Both the position numbers and the translations under genes were made by a program. The notes beneath the pieces were generated by a model that made no database searches, was not told where the DNA came from, and saw only the letters and a program-made list of their open reading frames with translations. Below are positions 12,154-23,869 of a stretch of 38,095 nucleotides of DNA, one piece after another; within the stretch, counting starts at the first letter, position 1, and each line of letters starts with the position of its first letter. The stretch is taken from assembly GCA_000934665.2 (NCBI GenBank), contig JYFJ02003746.1, forward strand, positions 1 to 38,095. Direction: 5' to 3'. This DNA is from Catajapyx aquilonaris. Its lineage: Eukaryota.

Positions 12154-12300
12154 CCCGGGAACACCCCCTTCATATCGTGCAGAGTTCAGGGACCTCTGGC
12201 TTCGTCTCAGGTGGTATTTCCACAGACTAAACCACCCGGGGGAGTTCACTAAAAATGGCCACGGATAAGACATTGCACTGCACCTTGCACATCCGCACTC
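12154..12300 (+). mobile_element. SINE body fragment (same family as 101-450)
   Basis: Similar to the reverse complement of ~240-383 (CGTGCAGAGTT...CTCTGGCTTC...CCACCCGGGGGAGTTCAC...GACATTGCAC). Confidence 0.7.
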
Positions 12301-12946
12301 CTGTCATCCTGCCCGTGGGCCCGGGAGTTACATATAAAGGCTCCAATGTACTTAATAAATAAAGGTCCGTGCTGCATACCTCAGATGAGGTCAAGCACTA
12401 CCCCAGATTAATTTTGTCTCGTTTTACGCCTTTTCATTTTACGCCGCGTTTTGCAGGAACCAATTACCGGCGTAAAACGGGTACTACCTGTATCCTTATG
12501 GGGAGCCTTGGGAGCCCGTTCGTAAGTACAGATCACAGTAAATCATACTGCAATAAGTCAGTAGGCCATTATCAAAACCAGGCGACCTATTTCCGAACAC
12601 CAGGAAACGCGAATGTCTGATTTTGCGCTTTTTATTTACGACCCAGGGAAAAATTATTACCATGTTCATTGTATGCTTTGCCATGTCTCCTATCACCTAT
12701 CTAGAGCACGGAAATCATGATCCATAAACAAAATCACAATGATCAATTGGAAATTATGATAGCTTGATGGTTGTGAAATGGGCGAGAAAGATTTCCTATA
12801 CGGGAAGTACCCGCTTTACGCCGCTCCATTTTACGAGCAAAGGTTTGGCTTCTTATACAATAGTGGATGTCTTAATTTTCTATTTTCTTTATAGTTGTAT
12901 TCCCATAGCTCATAATCCTTTTAATACCATATATGACTTCCTGCAG

Positions 12947-13018
12947 GTGGTGACTGGAGTGAAGAGGAAGGTGCCCACCTCTTCGCCCACCTCTTCGCCG
13001 AAGCGGCTCCATATTCAG
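12947..13018 (+). CDS. NLS-like exon VVTGVKRKVPTSSPTSSPKRLHIQ (24 aa, phase 0-0)
   Basis: TTCCTGCAG|GTG...CAG|GTGATG, 72 nt. It is paralogous to 19157-19240 and shares flanks 12837-13367 / 19050-19589. Confidence 0.65.
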
Positions 13019-13427
13019 GTGATGCATGACATGCGCATTTCGATCTGTAATACTTGCTGCTATCTACTCAGATTCACCTTGGATTTGCATCATCAAGTGG
13101 GAGTTAAATAGTATTTCCACCCAACACATACCTATCAGTTGCACATAGCAGTACAAATTCACAATAATTTTGAAATCTCTTCACATTAATTTTATTTATA
13201 TTTTTTCCCAACCTCTTTGCGGAGCACAGTTTCAGAACTGCTGTATTAAAGAATCTTTAATATGTCCTTCACTTTTAATAACATATGTTCATTTATTGTG
13301 GTAAGGGGATTGAAATTAAAAGACCCTGTGCTTTGCAGAAGCAATATTTAGTTTTATAGGAATGGTGAGCACCTGCTCTCACAAGGGCACGGTACTTGCT
13401 GTAAGTTGAGAAGCTTATGTATATATA

Positions 13428-13660
13428 CCTAGAGGAGGCACTCGGGCTGAAATGTGAGGGAGGCAACAATGCAGGCAACAATATTACCTCCATCAAGATG
13501 GCGGACGCCTGACATTATTGAACTAATTGTCGTCCCAGTTGTCATTATTGGTTGTTGTCCCAGTTGCTAGACAAATGTTAGAACAACAATATTACCTCCA
13601 ACAAGATGGCTGCTGCCTCAGCCTGTCTAATGGAAAAGGATAGGGAGTACCTCCTCTAGG
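13428..13660. mobile_element. MITE with short TIRs
   Basis: TA|CCTAGAGGAGGCACTC...GAGTACCTCCTCTAGG|TA. Confidence 0.7.
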
Positions 13661-13665
13661 TATAT

Positions 13666-14141
13666 TATATTAGGCGTATTCGGCAATTCAGGAATCTGAC
13701 TTCCTGGGCAGTTTGGATGTTCGGCAAATCAGGTGCCACGCCCCCTGAAGTAAGTGCGCATGCGCCCTACCTGACTTCCCAAGCTCAGGAACTTAGTGTA
13801 CTCCTGACCTGACTTACTTGCTGAGAAACAATTAACAAACAAATTATTGTTATGGATGCAGCAGTGTTGCCAATGCAAAATGCCCCAAAACCCTGCGAGA
13901 GGACCTGGAAATACCCGATTTTACCCGTATTTTCATTTTACCCGCACCATTACCCGCAAGCATCCGAAATACGGCACCGAAATACCCGAACATTGGCATA
14001 TCACTGGGATGCAGCACAGGCGGGTAGGGGGGTCTCTCAGTTCGGCCGTTCGGCAATAATCTTCTGAGGGGCAGGGCTAACAACTCAGATATCACGTGAC
14101 GCATCTCAGAATAATCTGAATTGCCGAATACGCCTAATATA
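13666..14141. mobile_element. MITE with 26-bp perfect terminal inverted repeat
   Basis: TATATTAGGCGTATTCGGCAATTCAG...CTGAATTGCCGAATACGCCTAATATA. Confidence 0.8.
13862..14006. mobile_element. hAT-type MITE nested in 13666-14141
   Basis: 8-bp TSD GGATGCAG (13854-13861 and 14007-14014), with termini CAGTGTTGCCAA...TTGGCATATCACTG. Confidence 0.85.
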
Positions 14142-14256
14142 ATAGCAGAACTCTTTGGGTAACACCGATGCGATGTGCCATAACCTGGCAACAGCAGAGC
14201 CATCTAGCAACTAAAGTACGCCTCCTTGGAGATGCGCGGATAGTCAACAGCGGATT

Positions 14257-14332
14257 AGTTGTTGCCAGGTTATGGCGTATCGCGTTTTTGTTTACTTACA
14301 ATGACGCGATACGCCATAACCTGGCAACAACT
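14257..14332. repeat. 29-bp perfect inverted repeat (third motif copy near 14170)
   Basis: AGTTGTTGCCAGGTTATGGCGTATCGCGT, an 18-nt spacer, then ACGCGATACGCCATAACCTGGCAACAACT. Confidence 0.85.
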
Positions 14333-14560
14333 GCTCGCCATCTATCAACGAAACAGTCCGCTCTCCTAGCGACTCTCGCCTGATGCGCCTGAGCGCACCC
14401 GTTCCTTGTCTATAAAATGAACCCCCTCTAGATGACGTTTCCGGACACGGGTTCCTATGTCAAAAATACTTGTCTTGGTCCCCTCTATCACCCCTGAAAG
14501 TCTCTACAGAGTTACAGGATACACCCTGTATAATGCAAGATTGAAGGTTGTGGAGTAAAT

Positions 14561-14805
14561 GAGGGGATTAAAATCAAAAACCGCCAGCTCCAGAAAATTA
14601 AAAAAATGAGTAGTGCCGGAAATGCATTCCTCATGCCATGGAATACATAATACCTGAATATGGTATCAAAAACCTACATATGTATATGGGTATAGCCGCT
14701 ACATTCAGGTATCTACATTGACATATACAGCGAAACTGTAGGTTTTTCTCGTTTTTCTCCGTTACGTTTATGACGGAGCTGGCGGTTTTTGATTTTAACC
14801 CCCTC
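14561..14805. mobile_element. MITE-like element with ~31-bp inverted ends
   Basis: GAGGGGATTAAAATCAAAAACCGCCAGCTCC...GGAGCTGGCGGTTTTTGATTTTAACCCCCTC. Confidence 0.7.
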
Positions 14806-15111
14806 TATGTACAATAGCATTGAAAGAACGGCACCTCTCTTAGTCATTCCCCAACCCCAGAATGGCCAACCTGGCAAGGGTGACTGTGCCAGCAGGCAGC
14901 TATGGGTCACTGGAGAACTCAAGGCCCACCATTATAAGATTTTATCCAAGTATATATGGAAAGTTGTCCAACTATTGATAGGATCTCCACATGCGTGGCA
15001 TAGCTGTCACATGGGTGACAGGGTTAGCATGGCACCCTGAAGAGTTCTGGCTGGTTTCACTGCATGCAGTTTGTGCTGTTTGCCAAAACTCTCAATGTTT
15101 CGCGTGGTTAC

Positions 15112-15199
15112 TTATTGCCTGCCCACCCACCCAGGACGGCACAGCGCATGCGCTCTCCTGGGGCAACACAGTGTGCTGATTTCTTGCATGCAAGAAATT
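15112..15199. repeat. Dispersed repeat, inverted copy at ~33209-33298
   Basis: TGCCTGCCCACCCACCCAGGACGGCACAGC...GCAAGAAATT is shared in opposite orientation. Confidence 0.8.
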
Positions 15200-15510
15200 G
15201 GGGCGTGCGCCCACTCCACCCCAGCACAGCAAGCCCAGATCGTCTCCATCTATGCGCCCTTGCAGTTCAGGCGAAAAAGAGAGATTGGGCAGCTGGGAAG
15301 TTGCTCCATAAAATAACTATAAAACTAGGGGGAAGTGTGGGGGGCAAAATCAGGAGCAGTAAAATATTCAGAGGGGTCCAAATTAAAATAATATTCTCCA
15401 CTTATAGCAATGTCCCATTCAGTGTCACCTTGCAGATGTGATACTTTTGTGGCCATTCTTTATGTAACTTAACATTAATCAAATTTACCTTCTTCCATTT
15501 TTCACGATAG

Positions 15511-15630
15511 GTTTGTCACACATGGGATGAGTCCCAGGCACCTGAGCCTCCAGCTCCACCTCCACCCCCAGCTGCAGATCCAGCACCACCCCCACAGGCA
15601 CCCCCACAACCTCCAGCAGCAGAGGGGCCG
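15511..15630 (+). CDS. Pro-rich exon 2 VCHTWDESQAPEPPAPPPPPAADPAPPPQAPPQPPAAEGP (40 aa, phase 0-0)
   Basis: TTTTTCACGATAG|GTT...CCG|GTGAGT, 120 nt, with module A flanks. Confidence 0.65.
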
Positions 15631-15702
15631 GTGAGTAAACATGAATTAACACAACCTTGGTTGCTCCCACGTGATCGTTTATGTAAACTTGTTCCCTCAG
15701 TA

Positions 15703-16322
15703 CAGGGTGCCCGTAAAGTCTGGACCCTTGGGAGTTTGTCATAGTACAGTCAAGGATCATATACTACATAAGAGGCGCAAACTTCTGTCGGCCCCTTTGA
15801 TGTTCGCGTCTCTCTGTTTATAGGGCGTTGCCAAGGCTGGCGGCCATTTTGAAGTGTGTGGTACGCCAACGAGGTGTAAATAGGGTACAGGCAAAAATAG
15901 GGTCCGCCATCTTCGATGGTTTTGGCGGCCATGGCAACTACATGGCAAGAACACGCGCAATTTGAATTCGATATTGGAAAATGGGTAAGTAAATTGTTAT
16001 TGCCGTGTATTGCCATGGCAGCCAAAACCATCAAAGATGGCAGACCTCCGCGGACCTTGACGACCTGCCTGTACCCTATTTATACCTCGTTGGCGCACCG
16101 CACACACTTCAAAATGGCCGCCAGCCTTGGCAACGCCCTATAAACAGAGAGACGCAAAAATCGAATCTTTGCGCCTCTCATGTAGTATATGCTCCCTGGT
16201 ACAGTGTTGTGGTAATATTATGTAACCGTAAGAACAATGTATAGTGACTGAGTCAACTTGTTGGACCTATCGACTTTCTGAGAGCCGGACGATTCTCAAA
16301 AGTTCATTTCCGGGACACCCTG
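15703..16322. mobile_element. Tc1/mariner-type MITE (host of a nested element)
   Basis: TA|CAGGGTGCCCGTAAA...TTTCCGGGACACCCTG|TA. Confidence 0.55.
15751..16198. mobile_element. Palindromic MITE, P-superfamily-like termini
   Basis: The arms are about 190 bp. The ends are CAAGG...CCCTG, with a 7-bp TSD GTACAGT at 15744-15750 and 16199-16205. Confidence 0.8.
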
Positions 16323-17149
16323 TAGATGAATTCCTCCCCGGCATTTTACAATCAAAAGGACCACCATTAATTTAAGTGAATAATTTTGGCCCAAAGTTGC
16401 TATTCATTAATATCACTCCTACATCGAATATTGAACAAAAAGAAGGAAAGAAACGGCCCAAAAACCTGCCAAAAACTTGTCAAAGGGTTAAGGGTGGCCA
16501 ATTTGAAAATACAGTTCCCATCTGTGGTTCCAATGATGGCTGTGATTCAAGGTGGCGAACTGAGCCTACCAAATGTTTGTGCGACAATACAGGGCGACCC
16601 TACTGTTTGTACACATAGGTACACTGTACTTCCGATTATTATCCAAGCTAATGACTGCACGGGTGTTGCCAGATAATTGGGAAACGCGAATAATCGGAAA
16701 ATGGTCCTGGAAAGGGGGCTTTTTGAAATTTTGAATTTTTAACTGATTTTGCCTTTATTTCCTACTATTGTAGCCTATTTGAAAAATATTTATTGCAACT
16801 TGCAGCTGCCTCTAGGCAATTTCATACTTTGCCCAAGGGTAAATCCAGAGCTGCTTCCAGTCCAGAGTTTGTTTTTTTTAAATTTTTTCGTTTACTTATT
16901 TTTGCATGCCTAAATTTGCCGCCCCTTGAAGTCTGCCGCCCTAGGTAACCGCCTAGGTTGCCTTGCCGTCAATCCAGTGCTTAGTAGGAGGGTGGCAGAT
17001 AAGAAAGACCATTAGGAATATGATTAGGAATGGTCTTTCTTTTCTTCGCCCCCTCCTTCTATGGCCTGCCCAAGCCCTTGCACTGTTGCAATTTACAGCT
17101 CTTCAACTTTTGCTGAAATTTTCTTTATCACCGGTGCAGGGAAGAAAGG

Positions 17150-17378
17150 ATATGAGGTAGGGATGGGGGTTTCTGGGGAGGAGACAAGGGTGCAGGTGCA
17201 ATGTCATTATACCTGGGTCATGTGCAGTCTCCCTGGAGGTTAGGTTGCCAGACACCTCCAAGGCGCGGGTCAGAGACCCTCCCGACGCAGGTGAAAGGGA
17301 GCTCACGGGTGGGGATCGAACCCGGGACCTTCGCTCAGCAAGCCGAGTCATTACCGAGTCGGACACTGCACCTCCCCC
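17150..17378 (-). mobile_element. Diverged tRNA-derived SINE related to 101-450
   Basis: The minus strand reads GGGGAGGTGCAGTGTCCGACTCGG...CCCGGGTTCGATCCCCACCC. The GTGCAATGTC body motif is shared. Confidence 0.65.
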
Positions 17379-18029
17379 TGATCTATGTCAGTTTTGACTG
17401 AGAACAGCACATACAGGGATAGGTTAACGTCAAATTTTGTGTCCAGAAGCAGTGGCCTCATGTGTTAAAGCTAAAGGAATAACTGGCTGGTTGGATCATT
17501 TGGTGGTAGATGAGCTGTCTAACCAAAATGCGTGGATGTGGAAGACATTTTGGCCACCATCACATCACACATTTTGCATTTTTCTCCTTTTTCCCCCCCT
17601 GACAGAACCACTACCTGATATCATGAGTGTTCAATGTAAGGGGATGAGGGTGGTTGATTACACTTGCAACAAAAATTACCTTTTTTCTGTCCATGGAAAT
17701 TCATCGCTATTTCCATGTTCCTTAGGTCACTCGTAATGCATAATGACCATTAATTTTGTCTGCAAGTTGTTTTTGGCCTCGTGACAGTCAAAAGACAAAA
17801 ATCCTCAATATAGGGTTTATTCCCAATCAAGTGGGCCTAAATGTTACTAGATTATCTCGGATTTCGGTTTAAAAATTCACACCTACGCCATAACACTGCA
17901 TATCAAGTTTCAGCCAAATTGCGAAATACCATGGGGAAGGAAAAAATCGCGCAAGTTTAGAAGTGGGGCCTTTTTTGGATAATTTTTTCGGTTACTAGAA
18001 ATGGTTGAAACCCAATCATACATACATAC

Positions 18030-18315
18030 ATTAGTGGGGGCCTAACCATGGTCTATTTCTGCCGCTAGGCTCAACACCAACGCCAGGGGGTCCTCCTCCT
18101 CCTCCTCCTGGATATTTGGCCACTCTGGGGATCTTTAACGTGCACTCGCGCAATGTCACAAGCACACGGGACCGACGGCTTTACTTCCCCTCCGAAGGAA
18201 GGCGCACTCTCACTTTTCTACCACCCGGAGAATTGTCACCGACCTCCTCCGGGTTCGAACCCACAACTTTGGGACCAGGGCGAGCGCGCTAACCACTAGT
18301 CCACTGGCACCGGCT
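18030..18315 (-). mobile_element. tRNA-derived SINE flanked by (CATA)n
   Basis: Minus-strand A box TGGACTAGTGG and B box GGTTCGAACCC. TCATACATACATAC lies on both sides. Confidence 0.8.
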
Positions 18316-18328
18316 CATACATACATAC

Positions 18329-18740
18329 CATAAAACTTCTATGCGTCGAACTTCTGTAAGTCGAAGTTCTCCATAAGTCGAAGAAAATGATGAGCTTGGT
18401 TGGTCACAATGTAAAATAATAGGAAATATAAACTTCCCTAACTCGAAGTTCTCCATAACTCGAAGTGCAGGCAGGGCCTTACGATGGGATATCAATGCAT
18501 TTTCAGTCTCCCTAAGTCCAAGTTCATGTTGGCGAGTACGGAAAATTTTCTCCTTTCCCAGCCGAAGGGTCGAGAGTGGGCCACATGTACAGAAAGGCTC
18601 AATTTCCTGATCTCCGCCTACCAGACGCACCGAAAGAAGTGTCTGACTCGATTGTGACAATTGAATCCTAGAATCTAAGAGTAGTCAAATGTCCATAAAG
18701 GATATTTTTTTACAACAAAACTATGATGAACATGTAAATG
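18329..18740 (+). mobile_element. MITE family 1, 3'-truncated copy
   Basis: Colinear with 4916-5310 and 25274-25705. Confidence 0.85.
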
Positions 18741-19156
18741 TATGAAAGTTCAAAGAAAATAATGCATTCATGGAAACTTCCAGACTGTGGACTTGGGTAG
18801 ACACTGTATATTATCTGATCATTGGTGATGAGTTCCTTTGTGGCTCTAATGTTCCTTATACCAGGGGTCGCAGTATTCAGATCAAATGGTCTAATTTTCT
18901 TTCCAAAGTGAGCCATGGAGTGCCAAGGCTAAATCCAGTAATTAAAAATTAAGCACTGCAAGCAAGCAATTTGCACTCCAGATGTAAGTCTAGAGAGTGA
19001 AAACTTTGCATGTGAACAAAAAGTTTTAAGATTTGACCCTGTTCTGCAAAGCAAAGGTTTGGCTTTTTATACGATGGTGGATGTCTTCTCTATTTTCTTT
19101 ATAGCTGTATTCCCATAGCTCATAATCATTTTAATACCATATATGACTTCCTGCAG

Positions 19157-19240
19157 GTGGAGAATGGCAGCCGAAAAAGGAAGCACCCGGGGTGGAAACC
19201 TTGGTGGCCCTCCCCCCCCTCGAAGAGGCGTCGCACGGAG
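19157..19240 (+). CDS. Bipartite-NLS-like exon VENGSRKRKHPGWKPWWPSPPSKRRRTE (28 aa, phase 0-0)
   Basis: TTCCTGCAG|GTG...GAG|GTAATG, 84 nt, paralog of 12947-13018. Confidence 0.65.
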
Positions 19241-20025
19241 GTAATGCATGACATGCGCATTTCGATCTGTAATAATTGCAATCTACTCAGATTCACCTTG
19301 GGTTCGCAGCATCAAGTGGGAGTTAAATAATATTTCCACACAACACATAGGCCTACCTATCAGTTACACATAGCAGCACAAATTCACAATAATTTTGAGA
19401 TCTCGTCACATAAATTTTATTTACATCATTTTTTCCAACCTCTTTGCGGAGCACAGTTTCAGAACTGCTGTATTAAAGAATCTTTAATATGCCCTTCAAT
19501 TTTAATAACATATGTTCATTTATTGTTGTAAGGGGATTGAAATTAAAAGCCCCTGTACTTTGCAGAAGCAATAGTTTTATAGGAATGGTTGGAGAGAAAA
19601 TGTTAGATTCAATAATTTTTGCCACATTAAATTTAAAGTGGTATGATTGCCGAGCTAGCTACACTCTCATGTTATCTAAGTCTATGTTCATTTAAGTTTT
19701 CTGGCCGTTCTGGCCGATTTCAATGCAACTCTTTGCTGGATTCTGCATTGCCCCGTTTTGTATCCGATAACTATGGTTGTGTAACTCAGAAGTGTGTGTA
19801 ATATGAAACTGTAGAGCATTATAACTAGTCTATTATTTGTTCATATCATTGGCATGGAAGAGAAAAATCTAAGAGGTCCCATTTTGGCAGTAGGATTTGG
19901 TTAGGGTTGCTGGTTGGATGAACATGTGTTAGGGTTTTCTGCAGATTTAGCCGCAGTTTACATGGTCATTAACTTAGTATTGGTAAGTGTTTGAGAATCA
20001 TCCATATATGGGATGCATCCATTAA

Positions 20026-20494
20026 CCCTTAACTACGTAGGTGGGTGAAACACCTTTAACTACGTAGGTGGAGCCTGAGAGGCTCCAACGGTATATTTAA
20101 ATTTCTGCTTATCAACTAAATTGTTATATTGGACTTTTCACATACAGAAAGTGCAGTTCAGATCATTAGGCTTCCGAAAACGTAAAAATCACACGCTGAG
20201 TCAGCATATTCCGACAGGGAAAAATTCTTAATTAAAAGGTTACATCATGCTTGAGCCGCTCAGGCTTCACCTACATAGGTAGAGCCTGAACGGTTCCAGG
20301 AGGGACCTGTTCCTCGTTACGAATTTTTTTAAACCAAACAATAGCGAATCATTTTTTTTTCTTTCCTATTCATGCTTAGGAAGATTTTTCTGACAAAGTC
20401 ATGGAAGGACAGGGGAAAATAAAATTCAATGAAAAAGTTACATGTGTTTAAATAGTGCTTGGAGCCTCTCAGGCTCCACCTACGTAGTTAAGGG
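20026..20494. mobile_element. piggyBac-type MITE
   Basis: TTAA|CCCTTAACTACGTAGGTGG...CCACCTACGTAGTTAAGGG|TTAA. Empty sites CCATTAACCAAGCC are present in paralogous modules (~6351, 21826, 25929). Confidence 0.92.
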
Positions 20495-20522
20495 TTAACC
20501 AAGCCAATTGCAATTTTTGCAG

Positions 20523-20558
20523 CCCATCAGAAGGAGTGAGAGGCCGTCACACCAGAGG
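20523..20558 (+). CDS. Candidate basic micro-exon PIRRSERPSHQR
   Basis: TTTTTGCAG| acceptor and weak AGG|GTGACT donor. It is the closest paralog of 8004-8039. Confidence 0.45.
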
Positions 20559-20775
20559 GTGACTGGAAAGGATGAATTCTTATTCCTGTTCAGTTTATCT
20601 ATATGCCACAATGGAGAAAATAATTCACCTTGGTCCACTCCCTGTACGGTTTCTGGCACCAGCCTTATCACAATCTCCCTCAGTGCAGCTGCGGCTTGGA
20701 GATGTGAATAATTTGTGACCATTCTTTATATAGCTTAACATTAATCAAGTTTACCTTCTTCCATTGCATTCACAG

Positions 20776-20964
20776 GCACCACCTCCAGCGCCTTCACGGC
20801 CAGCGCCAGTGCCACCTGCACCTCCAGCGCCACCTGCACCTCCAGCGCCACCTGCACCTCCAGCGCCACCTGCACCTCCAGCGCCACCTGCATCTCCAGC
20901 GCCAGCGCCACCTGCACCTCTAGCGCCAGCGCCACCACCACCAGGACCTGCACCGGCCCCAGCA
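20776..20964 (+). CDS. Pro/Ala-rich exon 3 (63 aa, (PPA)n minisatellite, phase 0-0)
   Basis: TTCACAG|GCA...GCA|GTGAGT, 189 nt. Confidence 0.7.
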
Positions 20965-21057
20965 GTGAGTAAACATAAATTAACACAACCTTATTGGTTC
21001 TACTTTATTTCTTATAAGGTGAAATGGGGTAAGTGCATACACAGGGTAAGTGCATAC

Positions 21058-21223
21058 ATGGGGTAAGTGCATACACAGGCCGCCATAGTGGAATGAAAAT
21101 GGCTGACGACACCAAAACGCATCAGGCACTCTTTGTGTAGCTGCACATAACATCCCCGGACGCGTTTTGGTGTCGTCAGCCATTTTCATTCCAATATGGG
21201 GGCCCGTGTATGCACTTACCCCA
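21058..21223. mobile_element. Palindromic MITE-like element, preceded by GGGTAAGTGCATACA repeats (21026-21076)
   Basis: TGGGGTAAGTGCATACAC...GGAATGAAAATGGCTGACGACACCAAAACGC and its reverse complement. Confidence 0.75.
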
Positions 21224-21227
21224 CGTG

Positions 21228-21345
21228 TCGCATCGGGCACAAACGAGTTGCATGTGCAAATGGTCAATGCAATATTGTGTGGGCAATACCACTGATGGAT
21301 ACACCACATGCTCTGGCAAGGTCATGAATGGTTATGCACAAGGCC
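21228..21345 (-). pseudogene. mariner transposase relic (HTH to WVP linker)
   Basis: The minus strand gives ITIHDLARACGVSISGIAHTILH, a frameshift, then DHLHMQLVCAR. This resembles mariner ...TI.ELA...GIS.G..HTILHDHL.M.KVCARWVP. Confidence 0.6.
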
Positions 21346-21856
21346 AGACAATCACTGCACTGGAGGTCCATGCAGCCAATAGCCCAGATATTTGGGAGTA
21401 CACTTGTATTTCTACTTTTATACACTAGATGCAGTACTGCTAAAGTAAAAGTGTTGTAGATGAAGATGAAGGGTTTGTTTTTTCACAAGCACAATCGAGT
21501 ACGCACCCACACTCGCCTAATTCCATTTTTCTGGCAACAGTGTTGCCACAGTTACTCCTCAAGGCCCAAAGTCACACCGATAGCCTCTAAGGTGCGTTCC
21601 AGAGCCTTGGCAATGTCCCAAATTGTTACCCCCTGAAGCCTAGTGTTGGAAACAAGTTGTGTGATCTGTGTTGCACACTTGGTTGCACTCATTTAAAAAT
21701 TCATCACAGGTGCAATGATTGCCACGGTGCTGAATTTCTGTTGATTTGCAAGTGTCACTACGTAAATTATGAAATATAACTGATAAAAATTTAATGTGTC
21801 CTACAGAATTATATCTGGGATTCATCCATTAACCAAGCCAATTGCAATTTTTACAG

Positions 21857-21907
21857 CGACTGAGGAGGAGTCAAAGACTGTTTGCCAAGCAGAAGGCCAG
21901 TGTTCAG
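21857..21907 (+). CDS. Basic micro-exon RLRRSQRLFAKQKASVQ (17 aa, phase 0-0)
   Basis: Strong sites TTTTTACAG| and CAG|GTAAGC, 51 nt. Confidence 0.72.
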
Positions 21908-22121
21908 GTAAGCATCAAGTCTTACTCCTGTTCAGTTTATATAAATGCCACAGCGGAGAAAATAATTTATTCACCGTGTTCCACTCCCTGTACGGTTTCT
22001 GGCACCAGCCTTATCACAATCTCCCCCAGTGCAGCTGTGGCTTGCAGCTGTGAATATTTTCTGACCATTCTTTATATAGCTTAACATTAATCAAGTTTAC
22101 CTTCTTCCATTGCATTCACAG

Positions 22122-22316
22122 GCACCACCTCCAGCGCCTTCACGGCCAGCGCCAGTGCCACCTGCACCTCCAGCGCCACCTGCACCTCCAGCGCCACCTG
22201 CACCTCCAGCGCCACCTGCACCTCCAGCGCCCCCACCCCCTCCCCCTTCCCCTCCCCCTTCCCCTCCCCCTCCACCACCTCCACCGGGACCTCCAGCTCC
22301 TCAGCCACCACCACCA
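22122..22316 (+). CDS. Pro/Ala-rich exon 4 (65 aa, phase 0-0)
   Basis: TTCACAG|GCA...CCA|GTGAGT, 195 nt. Confidence 0.7.
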
Positions 22317-23019
22317 GTGAGTATACATAAATTAACACAGCCTTCTACTTTATTTCTTGTACTGATTTTTGGTAGTTTATGGTAAGTGGGGCAATACAAC
22401 AACAAATTGAGAATGATTCCAAAATTCGGATGGTTCACTGGCTTTCTAGCCCTGTGTCATAGAAAAATACAAGCATAGCGAGAGTTTTTCTTGTAATATA
22501 TTAAAATTATTGTTACCAAACAACACCTGACAAAGATTTCGCAACATACCATTGTCATTTACTCTAAATTAAAATAATCGAAGGCCCTCTGATGCCATTT
22601 CTTATTGGAAAAATTTGAAAGCTCTCAAAAACCTACATTATAATTTTTTTTTTTTAATTGGTTTAGTTTAACCCTGGTAAGCTTCACACCTTTACATGGG
22701 GGAGTCTAAACTACTGTCACTTTACATATGACATGCATGTGTGTATGATGATTGTGTAGGTCAATTTAAAAACTGGGTATCAGTTTTTCATCTTGCCTTC
22801 ATTATTTGGAACAATTGCATGTGAGTCTTACGGGGCTACCCACAGGCTGTAGGTGCTCAATGGTTTTGCCATGCCCAATATGACGATCACAACTTAAAAG
22901 CATTCTAAGAACATCATACTTAGGAATACTTACTAGTAGTTAATTTAAAACCTCTAAACAGCTCATTTTTAAGGGTATCTAGGACCATTATCCGAATATC
23001 CGTGTTTTCCAATTATCCA

Positions 23020-23568
23020 GCCTTTGGATGAGAGTGGCAAGCCGTGCGTGCCCTCCCATGTGGCTCCAGGAAAAGCCATCCCAGACAGAGAGAGTTGGTC
23101 ACACTGACTAAGCCAGAAGTGAGGACACTTGATGTCACTGTTGGTAATTGCCGTGACCGGAATTCACCTTCACCCTCACGAGCTTATTCCGAAATTGTTG
23201 GCACCATATCGCCACACGAATTGCTCAGACATCTGTGGGCCATACCCTCCACTAGTCGGCGATGAATGTCGCATGTCAAATGTTGACCACTGGAACTGAA
23301 CATCTGACCACACTTATGCATTAGTCCATGTGACCAACCCTTTCTGTCTGGCCTGACTTTTCCTGGCAGAATGTGGGTGAGCACGCTCGACTCGCCACTC
23401 AGTCTCGTCCGATGGCTGCCGCGCCTGTGCATAAGCTGCAAGAAGGTGCCTATCCATCTTATAAAGTACTGGAAGGATGGACGTACATGCCCATGCTCGG
23501 CTTTGTCCTGTGCATTGCATGGCGTCAAAACTGTAGCACCTCTTAGCTTATTTTCCGACTAGCCCTTG
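23020..23568 (+). repeat. ~550-bp segment duplicated at 26770-27298 (origin unknown)
   Basis: CCTTTGGA.GAGAGTGGCAAGCCGTG...CTCTTAGCTTATTTT.CGACTAG is colinear and highly similar in both copies. Confidence 0.9.
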
Positions 23569-23837
23569 TGTGAGGTACTGAATATGTTGGCAGCAATGCT
23601 GGTTGATTGTAAAGAGGGTTGTTATGGTTTGAGAGAGGGATTATCGGAAGTGGGAGTGAAGATCGGTGTGAGTGAAAGAAGGAGAGGTGGACTGCGAAGT
23701 GGATTTCAGCGGCAATAAACCTATATTACATGTGTGTCAAGTCTTGGTATCTTGGGGGAATTACGGAACAGCTAAAGAGTGACTCCTGCCGTCCGCCCAC
23801 TCAGAAGAGTCCGGACCAATACAGAAGCTCCGTCACA
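23569..23837 (+). mobile_element. Solo LTR (269 bp)
   Basis: TGTGAGG...CGTCACA termini, a 4-bp TSD CTTG and an internal AATAAA. The element is absent from the paralogous site at ~27295. Confidence 0.8.
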
Positions 23838-23869
23838 CTTGTACGTGGTTGTTTTCTGATGGTCCGCGC

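Noticed and set aside
20741..22338. Minus-strand (LEVQVA)n and (WRCRWR)n ORFs
   Set aside because: They are antisense shadows of the Pro-rich minisatellite. Conserved splice signals are on the + strand.
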